DNA of 64,000 nucleotides, taken from positions 9,597 to 73,596 of the forward strand of contig CAWFRG010000001.1 of NCBI GenBank assembly GCA_963818205.1. The letters run 5' to 3'. Made by a program: the position numbers and the translations under genes. Positions 8,473 to 16,919 of the stretch are shown piece after piece. The notes under the pieces are model-generated. The model searched no databases. It had not been told where the DNA came from and was given only the letters and a program-made list of their open reading frames with translations. The stretch is from an uncultured Solirubrobacterales bacterium. GTDB taxonomy: Bacteria > Actinomycetota > Thermoleophilia > Solirubrobacterales > 70-9. How positions within the stretch are numbered: position 1 is the stretch's first letter; the number at the start of each line of letters is the position of its first letter.

Positions 8473-8523
8473 CGCGGTCCCGGCCCGACGTCAGCACCTC
8501 CGAGGCGGGACTACTCTGGGTAC

Positions 8524-8964
8524 ATGAGGAGTGCGATTGGCCTGCTGGTGGCGATCGCCGTGCTGGCCCCCGGGTCGGCCGCGGCCCAGACGCGAGCCTC
8601 CCTGCCGGACATCGAAGACGAGGTGATGTGCCCGATCTGTGGCACCCTCCTCCAACTCTCGGACGCCCCTCAGGCGGAGCGGGAGCGCGAGCTGATTCGC
8701 CGCCTGATCGCAGAGGGACGGGACAAGGAGCAGATCAAGGACGCACTGGTCGCTGAGTACGGCGAGGAGGTCCTGGCAACACCCGCCTCCTCAGGCTTCG
8801 ACCTGACCGCCTGGGTTCTGCCCCTGCTGGCGCTCGGCGGCGTCGTGATCGGGTTGACCATCTGGCTTCGGCGACGCAGGCGGCTGACCGTTGCCCCGGC
8901 GCAGCCACTCGATCCGGCCGAGGCGGAGCGGCTCGAGGCCGACCTGGCTCGCCACCCCCGCTAG
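8524..8964 (+). CDS. ccmH: cytochrome c-type biogenesis protein CcmH/NrfF family
   Basis: Signal peptide, CPIC redox motif (EVMCPICGTLL), then ELIRRLIAEGRDKEQIKDALVAEYGEEVL and a C-terminal TM helix. Confidence 0.8.
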   Translation: MRSAIGLLVAIAVLAPGSAAAQTRASLPDIEDEVMCPICGTLLQLSDAPQAERERELIRRLIAEGRDKEQIKDALVAEYGEEVLATPASSGFDLTAWVLPLLALGGVVIGLTIWLRRRRRLTVAPAQPLDPAEAERLEADLARHPR

Positions 8965-8993
8965 GCGCCTTCTGGTGGTGTTTAGCTCTGCGC

Positions 8994-10634
8994 CTACATC
9001 CGCTCCGGCGCCGAGATGCCCAGCAATCCGAGCGTTCGTGCGATCGTCCGCTTGGTCAGCAGGCAGAGCCCCAGTCGCGCCTCCTCGACCCCTTCGCCCT
9101 CCGCCCCGACCACCTGGCAGTCTCGATAGAAGGCGTGGAAGTCGGCGGCGATCGCCATCCCGTAGGCGCAGAGGCGATGCGGCGCCCGGCGCGATGCCGT
9201 CTCCGAGACCTCGTCCGGTAGCTCGCAGATCCGCTTGATCAGCGCCCGCTCGGAGGGCTCGACCGGCGACGCGGCGGCCCAGAAGTCGGCCGACGCCGCC
9301 CGCTCCTCGGCGCCCTCCCCAGCCTTGCGGAGGATGCTGGCGATCCGGGCGTGCGCGTACTGGACGTAGTAGACCGGGTTCTCGGCGGACGTCCGCCTGG
9401 CCAGCTCGAGGTCGAGGTCGACCGTGGTGTCGTGGCTCCGCTGGAGCATGAAGAAGCGGGTGGCGTCGGCGCCGATGTCGTCGAGCAGCTCGTCGAGGCT
9501 GACGAACTCGCCCTTCCGCTTCGACATCTGAGCGCGCTCGCCGCCCTCGACCACGTGGACGAGCTGCATGATCGGCGCCTCGAGCCCATCGGGGTCATAG
9601 CCGAGGGCCGCCAGGCCGGCTCGCAGGCGGCCCACGTAGCCGTGATGGTCGGCACCGAGCACGTCGATCATCCGCTCCGCCCCGCGCTCGAGCTTGCTCC
9701 GGTGATACGCCAGGTCGGAGAGCAGGTAAGTCGGGTCCCCCTCCGAGCGGACCAGGACCCGGTCCTTGTCGTCGCCGAAGCTGGTGGTGCGCAGCCAGGT
9801 GGCCCCCTCACTCTCGTAGACGTGGCCCGAGTCGCGGAGGTCGGCCAGCACCTGGTCGAACGCATTCGATTCGTAGACCGCCTGCTCCGAGGTCCAGGTG
9901 TCGAAGACGACCCCGTAGCGCTTCAAGGTCTCCTCCGCCGCGGCGACCATCAGGGCGACCCCCCGCCTGCCGACCGAGGAGAGATCACCGGCGTCGATCC
10001 CCTCCTCCTTCAGGGTGGCCGCGATCTCGTTCAAGTACTCGCCTTCGTAGCCTCCCTCGGGCACCGGCTCCCCCCTCATCCGGGCGGCGATCGAGGCGGC
10101 GAAGCGCTCGATCTGGCCGCCGCGGTCATTGATGTAGTACTCGCGCTCGACCCGGTGGCCGACGAACCCGAGCACCCTCGCCACCGCGTCTCCGTAGGCG
10201 GCATGGCGCCCGCTGGCGGCGGTGAGCGGCCCGGTCGGGTTGGCGGAGACGAACTCGATGTTGATCGACTCCTGTGGCTCGGCCCCCGCCGGGCGCCCGA
10301 TCGCCTCCCCGGCGGCGGCAAGCGCCGAGGCGGCGCCTCGATACCAGTCGTCCGCGAGAAAGAGGTTGAGGAAGCCGGGGCCGGCGACCTCGACCCGCTC
10401 GAGTTGCGTCTCGAGCCGCCCCTGGAGCTCCTCGGCGAGCCGCTCTGCGATCCCCCGCGGCTGCTCGCCGAGGGTCGGCGCGAGCAGCATCGCGGCATTG
10501 GTCGAGTAGTCGCCGAACTCCGGCTTCGGCGGGCGCTCGAGCACCGGAGCCGAGGCGCCGTCCTCGGCGCCGGCAGCGAGAGTGCTTGCCGCCGCGTCCA
10601 CGGCCGCGCGCAGATCGGCTACCGGGTCGCTCAT
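8994..10634 (-). CDS. argS: arginine--tRNA ligase
   Basis: 546 aa with an N-terminal Arg_tRNA_synt_N-like region, class I core (SANPTGPL) and the typical C-terminal anticodon-binding domain ending in ...APERM. Confidence 0.95.
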   Translation of the reverse strand: MSDPVADLRAAVDAAASTLAAGAEDGASAPVLERPPKPEFGDYSTNAAMLLAPTLGEQPRGIAERLAEELQGRLETQLERVEVAGPGFLNLFLADDWYRGAASALAAAGEAIGRPAGAEPQESINIEFVSANPTGPLTAASGRHAAYGDAVARVLGFVGHRVEREYYINDRGGQIERFAASIAARMRGEPVPEGGYEGEYLNEIAATLKEEGIDAGDLSSVGRRGVALMVAAAEETLKRYGVVFDTWTSEQAVYESNAFDQVLADLRDSGHVYESEGATWLRTTSFGDDKDRVLVRSEGDPTYLLSDLAYHRSKLERGAERMIDVLGADHHGYVGRLRAGLAALGYDPDGLEAPIMQLVHVVEGGERAQMSKRKGEFVSLDELLDDIGADATRFFMLQRSHDTTVDLDLELARRTSAENPVYYVQYAHARIASILRKAGEGAEERAASADFWAAASPVEPSERALIKRICELPDEVSETASRRAPHRLCAYGMAIAADFHAFYRDCQVVGAEGEGVEEARLGLCLLTKRTIARTLGLLGISAPERM

Positions 10635-10657
10635 CGCGATCGAACCCTAGTGGTCGA

Positions 10658-11269
10658 TCACTGCGTGGCCGCTGGCCGCTGGCCGCCCTGGAACTCGATC
10701 TCGCGGATCACCTTCGCGGGGGCGCCGGCGGCGATCACCCCAGCCGGCAGGTCGCGGGTGACGACCGAGTTGGCACCGATCACGGAGCGCTCGCCGATCT
10801 GCACTCCTCCGGTGACGACGCAGCCGACACCGAACCAGCAGTTCGAGCCGATCCGGACCGGGCCCTTGGGCTCGAAGCCCTGCCAGGTGACCGGCTTGCC
10901 CGGATCGTCGTAGCGATGGTCGGCGTCGCCGACGAAGCAGTTGTTGGCGAACATCACGTGGTCGCCGATCTCGATCAGCTCCACCGCCGCCAGCATCGTG
11001 TTCCGGTTGAGGAAGCAGCCCGAGCCGATCGTGATCCGCGCCTGCGGGGAGAGCGTCAGCCAGCAGCCGGGCTCGAGCAGGGTGTCCCTGCCGATCTCGA
11101 GCCTGCCGGAGTCGAGGGCCTCGAGCACCTCCCCCTCGACCGGGTAGCGGATGAAGGCTCCCGCGTCGGCCATATGGCGGTTGATCCGCCAGCGGCGCAG
11201 CGGGCGGCGGTTGCGCTCGTACCAACGCCGCTTGATCCACCAGGTGCGCCATTGGGCAAGCGACGCCAC
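10658..11269 (-). CDS. hexapeptide-repeat (LbH) acyl/acetyltransferase
   Basis: Left-handed beta-helix repeats IGDHVMFANNCFVG...IGSNCWFGVGCVVTGGVQIGERSVIGANSVVTRDLP. Confidence 0.8.
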   Translation of the reverse strand: MASLAQWRTWWIKRRWYERNRRPLRRWRINRHMADAGAFIRYPVEGEVLEALDSGRLEIGRDTLLEPGCWLTLSPQARITIGSGCFLNRNTMLAAVELIEIGDHVMFANNCFVGDADHRYDDPGKPVTWQGFEPKGPVRIGSNCWFGVGCVVTGGVQIGERSVIGANSVVTRDLPAGVIAAGAPAKVIREIEFQGGQRPAATQ

Positions 11270-11278
11270 GCGAGGAGG

Positions 11279-11695
11279 TTAGTGGTGGTACTGCTCACCG
11301 GCGAGGATCTTGGTCGCCCGGAAGAGCTGCTCGAGGAGGACCACGCGAGCGAGCTGGTGCGCGATCGTCTGGGGCCCGAGGGCGATCCGCTCGTCGGCGA
11401 GCGCCAGGGCGTCCGGCCCCAGCCCGCGTGGCCCGCCGATCAGGAAACAGAGATCGAGCGCGTCGATCCGCCGCTCCGAGAGCCAGCTGCTCCACTCTCG
11501 GGAGCTGAGCGACCGACCGCCCCGATCCATCGCGACCACGTGCGCACGCTTGGGCACCCGCCCCCCCAGGTTGACCTCGTCGCGAACCTCGATCACCTCG
11601 ACCGGCTGGTGGCGCTGGAGCAGCTTCCGGTAGTGGGCGTCGGCCGCGATGAACGGCTCCTTCACCTTGCCGACCACGATCAGTACGACCTTCAC
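11279..11695 (-). CDS. rlmH: 23S rRNA (pseudouridine1915-N3)-methyltransferase RlmH
   Basis: SPOUT fold: VKVVLIVVGKVKEP...LCFLIGGPRGL...IALGPQTIAHQLARVVLLEQLFRA. GTG at 11695 is preceded by a GGGGG RBS; the longer ORF start at 11773 overlaps the M48 gene. Confidence 0.85.
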   Translation of the reverse strand: MKVVLIVVGKVKEPFIAADAHYRKLLQRHQPVEVIEVRDEVNLGGRVPKRAHVVAMDRGGRSLSSREWSSWLSERRIDALDLCFLIGGPRGLGPDALALADERIALGPQTIAHQLARVVLLEQLFRATKILAGEQYHH

Positions 11696-11744
11696 CGAAC
11701 CCCCGATATCCGCGAGGCGCAAGCCAAGCGGATGGCCGAATTGG

Positions 11745-13037
11745 TCAAGGACGCTCGCCCTGCTCCCACGCAAGCGCCTCGCCGATCCGTTGCATCGTCG
11801 TCGGATGGGTGCGGAGCAGGAAGCTGACCAGCCCCGGCGGGTCCGGGTCGGAGACGTTCTGCTTCGCCAGCCGCTGCTGCAACTCGATCAGCCCCTGCGG
11901 ATCGTCGGTCAGCTCGAGGGCGAAGGTGTCTGCCCTCGCCTCCACCCCCCGGGAGAGCTGGTTGCCGGCGACCCCGATGACGAAGCTGACCACGGCGACC
12001 CCGATCGCGAACGCGGGCAGGAACGAGGGCAGGCCCGGTTCGCCACCCCCTCGGCGGGCGATCGCTCCCGAGATCCCGGAGACCGCGAGCAATCCCAGCG
12101 GCGCCACGATCGCAAGAAACAGGAGGCCTCGCTGGATGTCGCGTCCCTTCACGTGCCCGAGCTCGTGGGCGATCACCGAGCGGCGCTCGCTGCGGTCGAG
12201 GTCGTTGAGCAGGGTGTCGTAGAGGACGACCCGCTTGCTCGGGCCGAGGCCATTGACGTAGGCGTTGATCGCGGTGCTCCGGCGGCTGGCGTCGACTCGA
12301 TAGACCTCGCCGATGTCGATCCCGGCGCGCTCGCCGAGCTCGAGCACGTCGTCGCGCGCCTTCCCCGGCGGGAGCTTCTCGAACTTGTTGAACACCGGGT
12401 CGAGGATCACCGGAGCGAGCCAGATGAAGACGGCTGCGGCAGCGACCGCCGCGACCGACCCGGGGATCCACCAGCGCCCGCCGTACCGCCGGATCAGGGC
12501 GAGGGCGGCGGTGCCGACGGCGCCCGCGAGCAGCGCCCCAATCCCCGCCGACTTCAGCCAGTCGACCGCCCAGTCGCCGATCTCCTGGGTTGAGAGGCCG
12601 ACGTCGACCGAGCGCTCGTGGGCGGCGACGCTGAAGGGCAGGGTGACGATCGCGACCGCGACCGAGAGCCCGGCCGCGGCGGCGGCTCCGCCCAGCACGG
12701 GGCGCCCGCCGAGGCGCTCCAGCCCGCGCCTCACCGGCGCCGGGCGGCCGGTCGCCAGCAGGACCAGCAGCACTCCCTCGGCGGCGAGGCTGCCGACGAA
12801 GAGCAGGCGCTGGCCGGAGCGAAAGTCCCGTGCCCGCTCGATCTCCCCCTGGGTGAAGAAGGCGCCCTCGTCGGCGTGGACCGGCTCGATCACGTCGCGG
12901 GGGCGCAGCAGCCACGCCGCCGCCTCGGCGACGACCACCGCGGCCACCGCCGTGGCGCCGAGCCGCAGCCATCGAGGGGCTTGTCCGGCAGACGGGCCGC
13001 GCACCGTCGCCCTACGATAGGCGACCTCTTTCACCAC
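11745..13037 (-). CDS. M48 family (Ste24/HtpX-like) membrane metalloprotease
   Basis: 430-aa polytopic protein with the HELGHVKGRD zinc motif. Confidence 0.85.
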   Translation of the reverse strand: MVKEVAYRRATVRGPSAGQAPRWLRLGATAVAAVVVAEAAAWLLRPRDVIEPVHADEGAFFTQGEIERARDFRSGQRLLFVGSLAAEGVLLVLLATGRPAPVRRGLERLGGRPVLGGAAAAAGLSVAVAIVTLPFSVAAHERSVDVGLSTQEIGDWAVDWLKSAGIGALLAGAVGTAALALIRRYGGRWWIPGSVAAVAAAAVFIWLAPVILDPVFNKFEKLPPGKARDDVLELGERAGIDIGEVYRVDASRRSTAINAYVNGLGPSKRVVLYDTLLNDLDRSERRSVIAHELGHVKGRDIQRGLLFLAIVAPLGLLAVSGISGAIARRGGGEPGLPSFLPAFAIGVAVVSFVIGVAGNQLSRGVEARADTFALELTDDPQGLIELQQRLAKQNVSDPDPPGLVSFLLRTHPTTMQRIGEALAWEQGERP

Positions 13038-13046
13038 CCCACTCAG

Positions 13047-13093
13047 GGGTCAGGTCTTGCGATACGACATGTTGCATTGCAAGACCTGACCCT
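13047..13093. repeat. 47-nt palindromic intergenic element, copy 1
   Basis: GGGGTCAGGTCTTGC-GATACGACATGTTGCATT-GCAAGACCTGACCC: perfect 14-bp stem with an 18-nt loop. Fills most of the 67-nt divergent spacer between the M48 gene and the phosphoesterase gene. Near-identical to 15606..15652. Confidence 0.9.
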
Positions 13094-13104
13094 GTCTCTT
13101 CCTC

Positions 13105-13848
13105 ATGCGCGTCGCCATCCTCACCGACATCCACAGCAACCTGCCCGCGCTCGAGGCCGTCCTCGAGGAGATCGACGACGCCGGCCTCGAGAAGCGCTGG
13201 TGCCTCGGGGACGTGGTCGGGTACGGCGCCCAGCCCGACGAATGCGCGCGGGTCGTCTCCGAGCGCTGCGAGCTGAGCCTGGTCGGCAACCACGACCTCG
13301 CCGTCACCGGCGAGATCGACACCGACGTCTTCTCGGCCTCAGCGGCGGCGGCGGTCAAGTGGACGCGCGAACACTCGAAGAGGGAGACGATCGATTTCCT
13401 CAAGAGCCTGAAGCCGGAGAACGCGGAGCACCAGGTCGGGCTCTACCACGCCTCGCCTCGGGACCCGGTCTGGGAGTACGTGCTCGCCGTCGACCAGGCC
13501 CGCGAGTGCATGGAGGAGCAGTCTGCTCGAGTCAGCTTCATCGGCCACTCGCACGTCGCCCTCTGGTTCTCGGACGGGCCCGGGCCGGGCCCGGTCGGCA
13601 ACGCCGGCGGCGGCCAGGCCGAGGGCGGACTCGAGCTCGACGTCTCCGAGAAGCGCTGGCTGCTCAACCCGGGGAGCGTCGGCCAGCCTCGAGACGGCGA
13701 TCCACGCGCCGCCTGGCTCGAGCTCGACACCGACGCCTGGAAGGTCATCTACCACCGGGTGAGCTACGACATCGACCGGGCCGCCGAGCCGATCAGGGAG
13801 GCCGGCCTCCCCGAGCACCTCGCCGACCGGCTCTACGTGGGCCAGTGA
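13105..13848 (+). CDS. metallophosphoesterase (calcineurin-like/PPP-type phosphoesterase) family protein
   Basis: MRVAILTDIHSN...GDVVGYGAQPDEC...GNHD...IGHSH...NPGSVGQPRDGD motif series. Confidence 0.85.
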   Translation: MRVAILTDIHSNLPALEAVLEEIDDAGLEKRWCLGDVVGYGAQPDECARVVSERCELSLVGNHDLAVTGEIDTDVFSASAAAAVKWTREHSKRETIDFLKSLKPENAEHQVGLYHASPRDPVWEYVLAVDQARECMEEQSARVSFIGHSHVALWFSDGPGPGPVGNAGGGQAEGGLELDVSEKRWLLNPGSVGQPRDGDPRAAWLELDTDAWKVIYHRVSYDIDRAAEPIREAGLPEHLADRLYVGQ

Positions 13849-13904
13849 TCGCGGTGCGAATGCCTGCAACGAGAGCCCAAGAGGGCATAGCTAGTATCGC
13901 CGCG

Positions 13905-14399
13905 GTGCCCAGAGCGAAGCCAATATTCGCCGTCCTCGCCCTCGCCGCCTCGCTGGCGGTCGCCGGTTGCGGCAGCGACAGCGAGGGCCAGGGCGATCTT
14001 CCGGCCGGCGACGCCGCGACCCTGCTCGGGCAGCTGCAGGAGGTCCAGGCCAACCTCGACGTCGGCAGTTGCTTCGTCGCCGCCGACGAGGCCGACAACC
14101 TGATCGCCGACATCCAGGACCTGCCCGGCGACGTCGACGGCGACCTCCGCCGGGCGCTGGAGAACGGGGCGGAGCAGCTCAGGGTGCTGCTCGAGGATCC
14201 GGACCAGTGCCAGCGGCCCACCACCACCGAGACGACCACTGAGGAGACCACCACCCAGGAGACCTCGACCGAGAAGACCACCACCGAGGAGACGACCACC
14301 GAGCCGCCGACGACCACCACCACCCCGACGCAGACCACGCCGACCACCCCCGGCTCCGGCGGCGTCGGCCCCGGCGGAACCGGGCAGGGGGGCCTGTGA
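13905..14399 (+). CDS. lipoprotein with Thr/Glu-rich repetitive C-terminal tail
   Basis: GTG 13905 gives VPRAKPIFAVLALAASLAVAGCGS (lipobox); an ATG at 13860 is an alternative start. The C-terminus is PTTTETTTEETTTQETSTEKTTTEETTTEPPTTTTTPTQTTPTTP. The stop overlaps the kinase start (GTGA). Confidence 0.6.
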   Translation: MPRAKPIFAVLALAASLAVAGCGSDSEGQGDLPAGDAATLLGQLQEVQANLDVGSCFVAADEADNLIADIQDLPGDVDGDLRRALENGAEQLRVLLEDPDQCQRPTTTETTTEETTTQETSTEKTTTEETTTEPPTTTTTPTQTTPTTPGSGGVGPGGTGQGGL

Positions 14400-15595
14400 G
14401 CCCTCGCACCCCAAAGGGAGAGCTGATCTCAGACCGCTACCGGATCGAGGACCGCCTCGGTTCGGGCGGCATGTCGAGCGTCTTCCGGGCCACCGACACG
14501 ATCCTCGAGCGCACCGTGGCGGTGAAGATCCTCGCGGAGCACCTCTCCGACGACGAGCGGTTCGTCGCCCGCTTCCGGCGCGAGGCCCTCGCGGTCGCAA
14601 AGCTGGTTCACCCGAACATCGTCCAGGTCTACGACACCGGTATCGACAGCGGGCGCCACTACATCGTCATGGAGTACGTGCAAGGCAAGTCGGGGGCGCA
14701 GCTGCTCCAGGCGGAGGGGAAGCTCGATCCGGCTACCGCCGTCGAGATCGGCGTCCAGGCCTGCGCCGGCCTCGACTATGCCCACCGCCACGGGATCATC
14801 CACCGCGACGTCAAGCCGGGCAACCTGATGGTGATCGGCGGGCCCGCCGGGGGCGGCGACATGACCGTGAAGCTCGCCGACTTCGGGATCGCCCGCGCCA
14901 GCGAGCAGACGCGGATCACGCAGGTCGGCTCCGTTGTCGGCACCGCCGCCTACCTGGCGCCGGAGCAGGCCCGCGGCGAGGAGGCCACCCCCGCCTCAGA
15001 TGTCTACTCGCTGGGGGTGGTTCTCTACCAGTTCCTCTGCGGACGGCTCCCCTACGAGGGCACCTCGCTCGCCGAGCTTGCGGTCCGCCAGCAGTCCGAG
15101 CAGCCGCTCCACCCATCTTCCTACAACGAGGAGGTCCCCGGGCCGGTGGGCGACGCGGTGCTGGTCGCGCTCGAGTCCGACCCGGCTCACCGCTTCGCGG
15201 CGGCCGGCGAGCTCGCCGACGCCCTCCGACGAGGCCTGACCGGCGAGTCGCCGAGCGCCACCGGCGCGACCCGCGTGATGGGCGGCGATACACCGACGGC
15301 CGCCACCCGGCACATGCCGCGCACCCAGACTCGGCGCCAGCGGCGCCCGGCTCCGCCGCGGCGCCAGCCGAGCCCCGTCCCCCAGCAACGCCCCCGCCGG
15401 GGTATCAGCGGCGTCGCCCGGAACCTCCTCGCCGTGATCGCCCTGCTCCTGCTCGCCGCCGCGGTCGCGGCGGCGGTCGTCGTCGCCACCGGCGACGGCG
15501 GAGGGGGAATCAACGTGGAGCAGGCCGTCAAGGACGACGTCCAGGACCAGATCAACGAGCTTCGCAACCTGATCGAGGACCACACCCAGCAGTAG
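14396..15595 (+). CDS. Hanks-type serine/threonine protein kinase with a single TM and a very short ectodomain
   Basis: GSGGMSSVFRA...AVKIL, HRDVKPGNLM, DFGIA, APE motifs. TM LLAVIALLLLAAAVAAAVVVA followed by only about 35 aa. Confidence 0.9.
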   Translation: MSPRTPKGELISDRYRIEDRLGSGGMSSVFRATDTILERTVAVKILAEHLSDDERFVARFRREALAVAKLVHPNIVQVYDTGIDSGRHYIVMEYVQGKSGAQLLQAEGKLDPATAVEIGVQACAGLDYAHRHGIIHRDVKPGNLMVIGGPAGGGDMTVKLADFGIARASEQTRITQVGSVVGTAAYLAPEQARGEEATPASDVYSLGVVLYQFLCGRLPYEGTSLAELAVRQQSEQPLHPSSYNEEVPGPVGDAVLVALESDPAHRFAAAGELADALRRGLTGESPSATGATRVMGGDTPTAATRHMPRTQTRRQRRPAPPRRQPSPVPQQRPRRGISGVARNLLAVIALLLLAAAVAAAVVVATGDGGGGINVEQAVKDDVQDQINELRNLIEDHTQQ

Positions 15596-15605
15596 GAACC
15601 GCTTC

Positions 15606-15652
15606 GGGGTCAGGTCTTGCAAGACGACATATGGCAATGCAAGACCCGACCC
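15606..15652. repeat. 47-nt palindromic intergenic element, copy 2
   Basis: GGGGTCAGGTCTTGC-AAGACGACATATGGCAAT-GCAAGACCCGACCC. Same arms as copy 1 (one mismatch) and 13/18 loop positions identical. Fills the 57-nt convergent spacer between the kinase and tgt. Confidence 0.9.
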
Positions 15653-16852
15653 TCAGGTGTTCCAGGGGGCGGCGCCGCCGAGGATCGCGTCGGAGTACGA
15701 GGCGTAGTTGCCTGCTTCGATTGCCTTGCGGGCGTGTTCGGTGAGCTCCTCCATGTAGGTGAGGTTGTGAAGGGCGAGCAGGCGAGCGCCCGTGAGCTCG
15801 CGGTGGCGGGCGAGATAGTGAAGGTAGGCGCGGCTGTAGCTGCTGCAGGCCTCGCAGGGACAGCCCTCGGCGATCGGGGCGTCGTCCTCCGCGTAGCGGG
15901 CCTTGTCGAGATCGATCCGGAAGCGCCCCTCCGGCTCGGGCGCCAAGGCCACTCCGTGGCGGGCGAGGCGGGTGGGAATCGCGCAGTCGAAGAGGTCGAT
16001 GCCGAGGGCAATGCCGGCGATCAGATCGTCGACCTCGCCGATCCCGAGCAGGTGCACGGGCGCCTCGGCGGGCAGGAGGGGCACCGTGAACCCAAGCACT
16101 TCCCGCATCTCCTCCTTCTCGCGACCAAGGGTGCCGCCGATCGCCACCCCATCGATTGCCGCCGAGGAGACCCGCTCGGCCGACTGGCGGCGGAGGTCCG
16201 CGTGGACGCCCCCCTGGACGATCCCGAAGATGGCCTGAGCCGCCGGGCCCTTTGCCTGGTGCCAGGCGAGGCAGCGGTCGAGCCAGCGGTGGGTCCGCTC
16301 GGTCGAGCGAGCGGTGTAGTCGCGGTCCGCGTGAAAGGGGGTGCACTCGTCGAAGGAGAGCGCGATGTCCGAGCCCAGCGCTGCCTGGATCGCCATCGAC
16401 TCCTCCGGGCCGAGGAAGCGATCGGAGCCGTCGAGCAGCGATTTGAAGGCAACGCCCTGTTCGGAGATCTCAACGTGAGCGCCGCCGGACGTCTCTCCCC
16501 GGCGGCCCTTGATCTCGTCGGCGACCCCGCCGTGAGCGAGCGAGAAGACCTGAAAACCGCCGGAGTCGGTGATCAGCGCGCTCCGCCAGCCCATGAAGGA
16601 GTGAAGGCCGCCCTGGCCGGCGATCAGCTCCTCGCCGGGCGCCAGGTGCAGGTGGAAGGTGTTGCCGAGCACCAGCTCGTAGCCGAGGTCGGCGACCTCG
16701 GCCGATGAGAGGCCACGAACGCTGCCCTTGGTCGCGAGGGGGATGAAAGCGGGGGTGCGCACCGCGCCGTGAGCGGTATGCATGAGGCCCGTGCGGGCGG
16801 AGCCGTCACGGGCCTCGATCGAGAATCTGAGCCTCGCCGGGTCGTTTCTCAC
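15653..16852 (-). CDS. tgt: tRNA-guanine transglycosylase (queuine tRNA-ribosyltransferase)
   Basis: 399 aa: TPAFIPLATKGSVRGL, LGNTFHL, DSGGFQV and the C-terminal zinc motif CPCEACSSYSRAYLHYL. Confidence 0.95.
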   Translation of the reverse strand: MRNDPARLRFSIEARDGSARTGLMHTAHGAVRTPAFIPLATKGSVRGLSSAEVADLGYELVLGNTFHLHLAPGEELIAGQGGLHSFMGWRSALITDSGGFQVFSLAHGGVADEIKGRRGETSGGAHVEISEQGVAFKSLLDGSDRFLGPEESMAIQAALGSDIALSFDECTPFHADRDYTARSTERTHRWLDRCLAWHQAKGPAAQAIFGIVQGGVHADLRRQSAERVSSAAIDGVAIGGTLGREKEEMREVLGFTVPLLPAEAPVHLLGIGEVDDLIAGIALGIDLFDCAIPTRLARHGVALAPEPEGRFRIDLDKARYAEDDAPIAEGCPCEACSSYSRAYLHYLARHRELTGARLLALHNLTYMEELTEHARKAIEAGNYASYSDAILGGAAPWNT

Positions 16853-16919
16853 CCGGCAAGCCTAGGGTGCGGAGTTCTTACTTCTGCTTCCCGGACCCCA
16901 GTATCAGGTCTGTGCCTGG

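Noticed and set aside
8961-8995. TAGGCGC-N21-GCGCCTA inverted repeat between the convergent ccmH and argS genes, considered as a bidirectional terminator.
   Set aside because: The stem is only 7 bp with a 21-nt loop, and it overlaps both stop codons. Not convincing.
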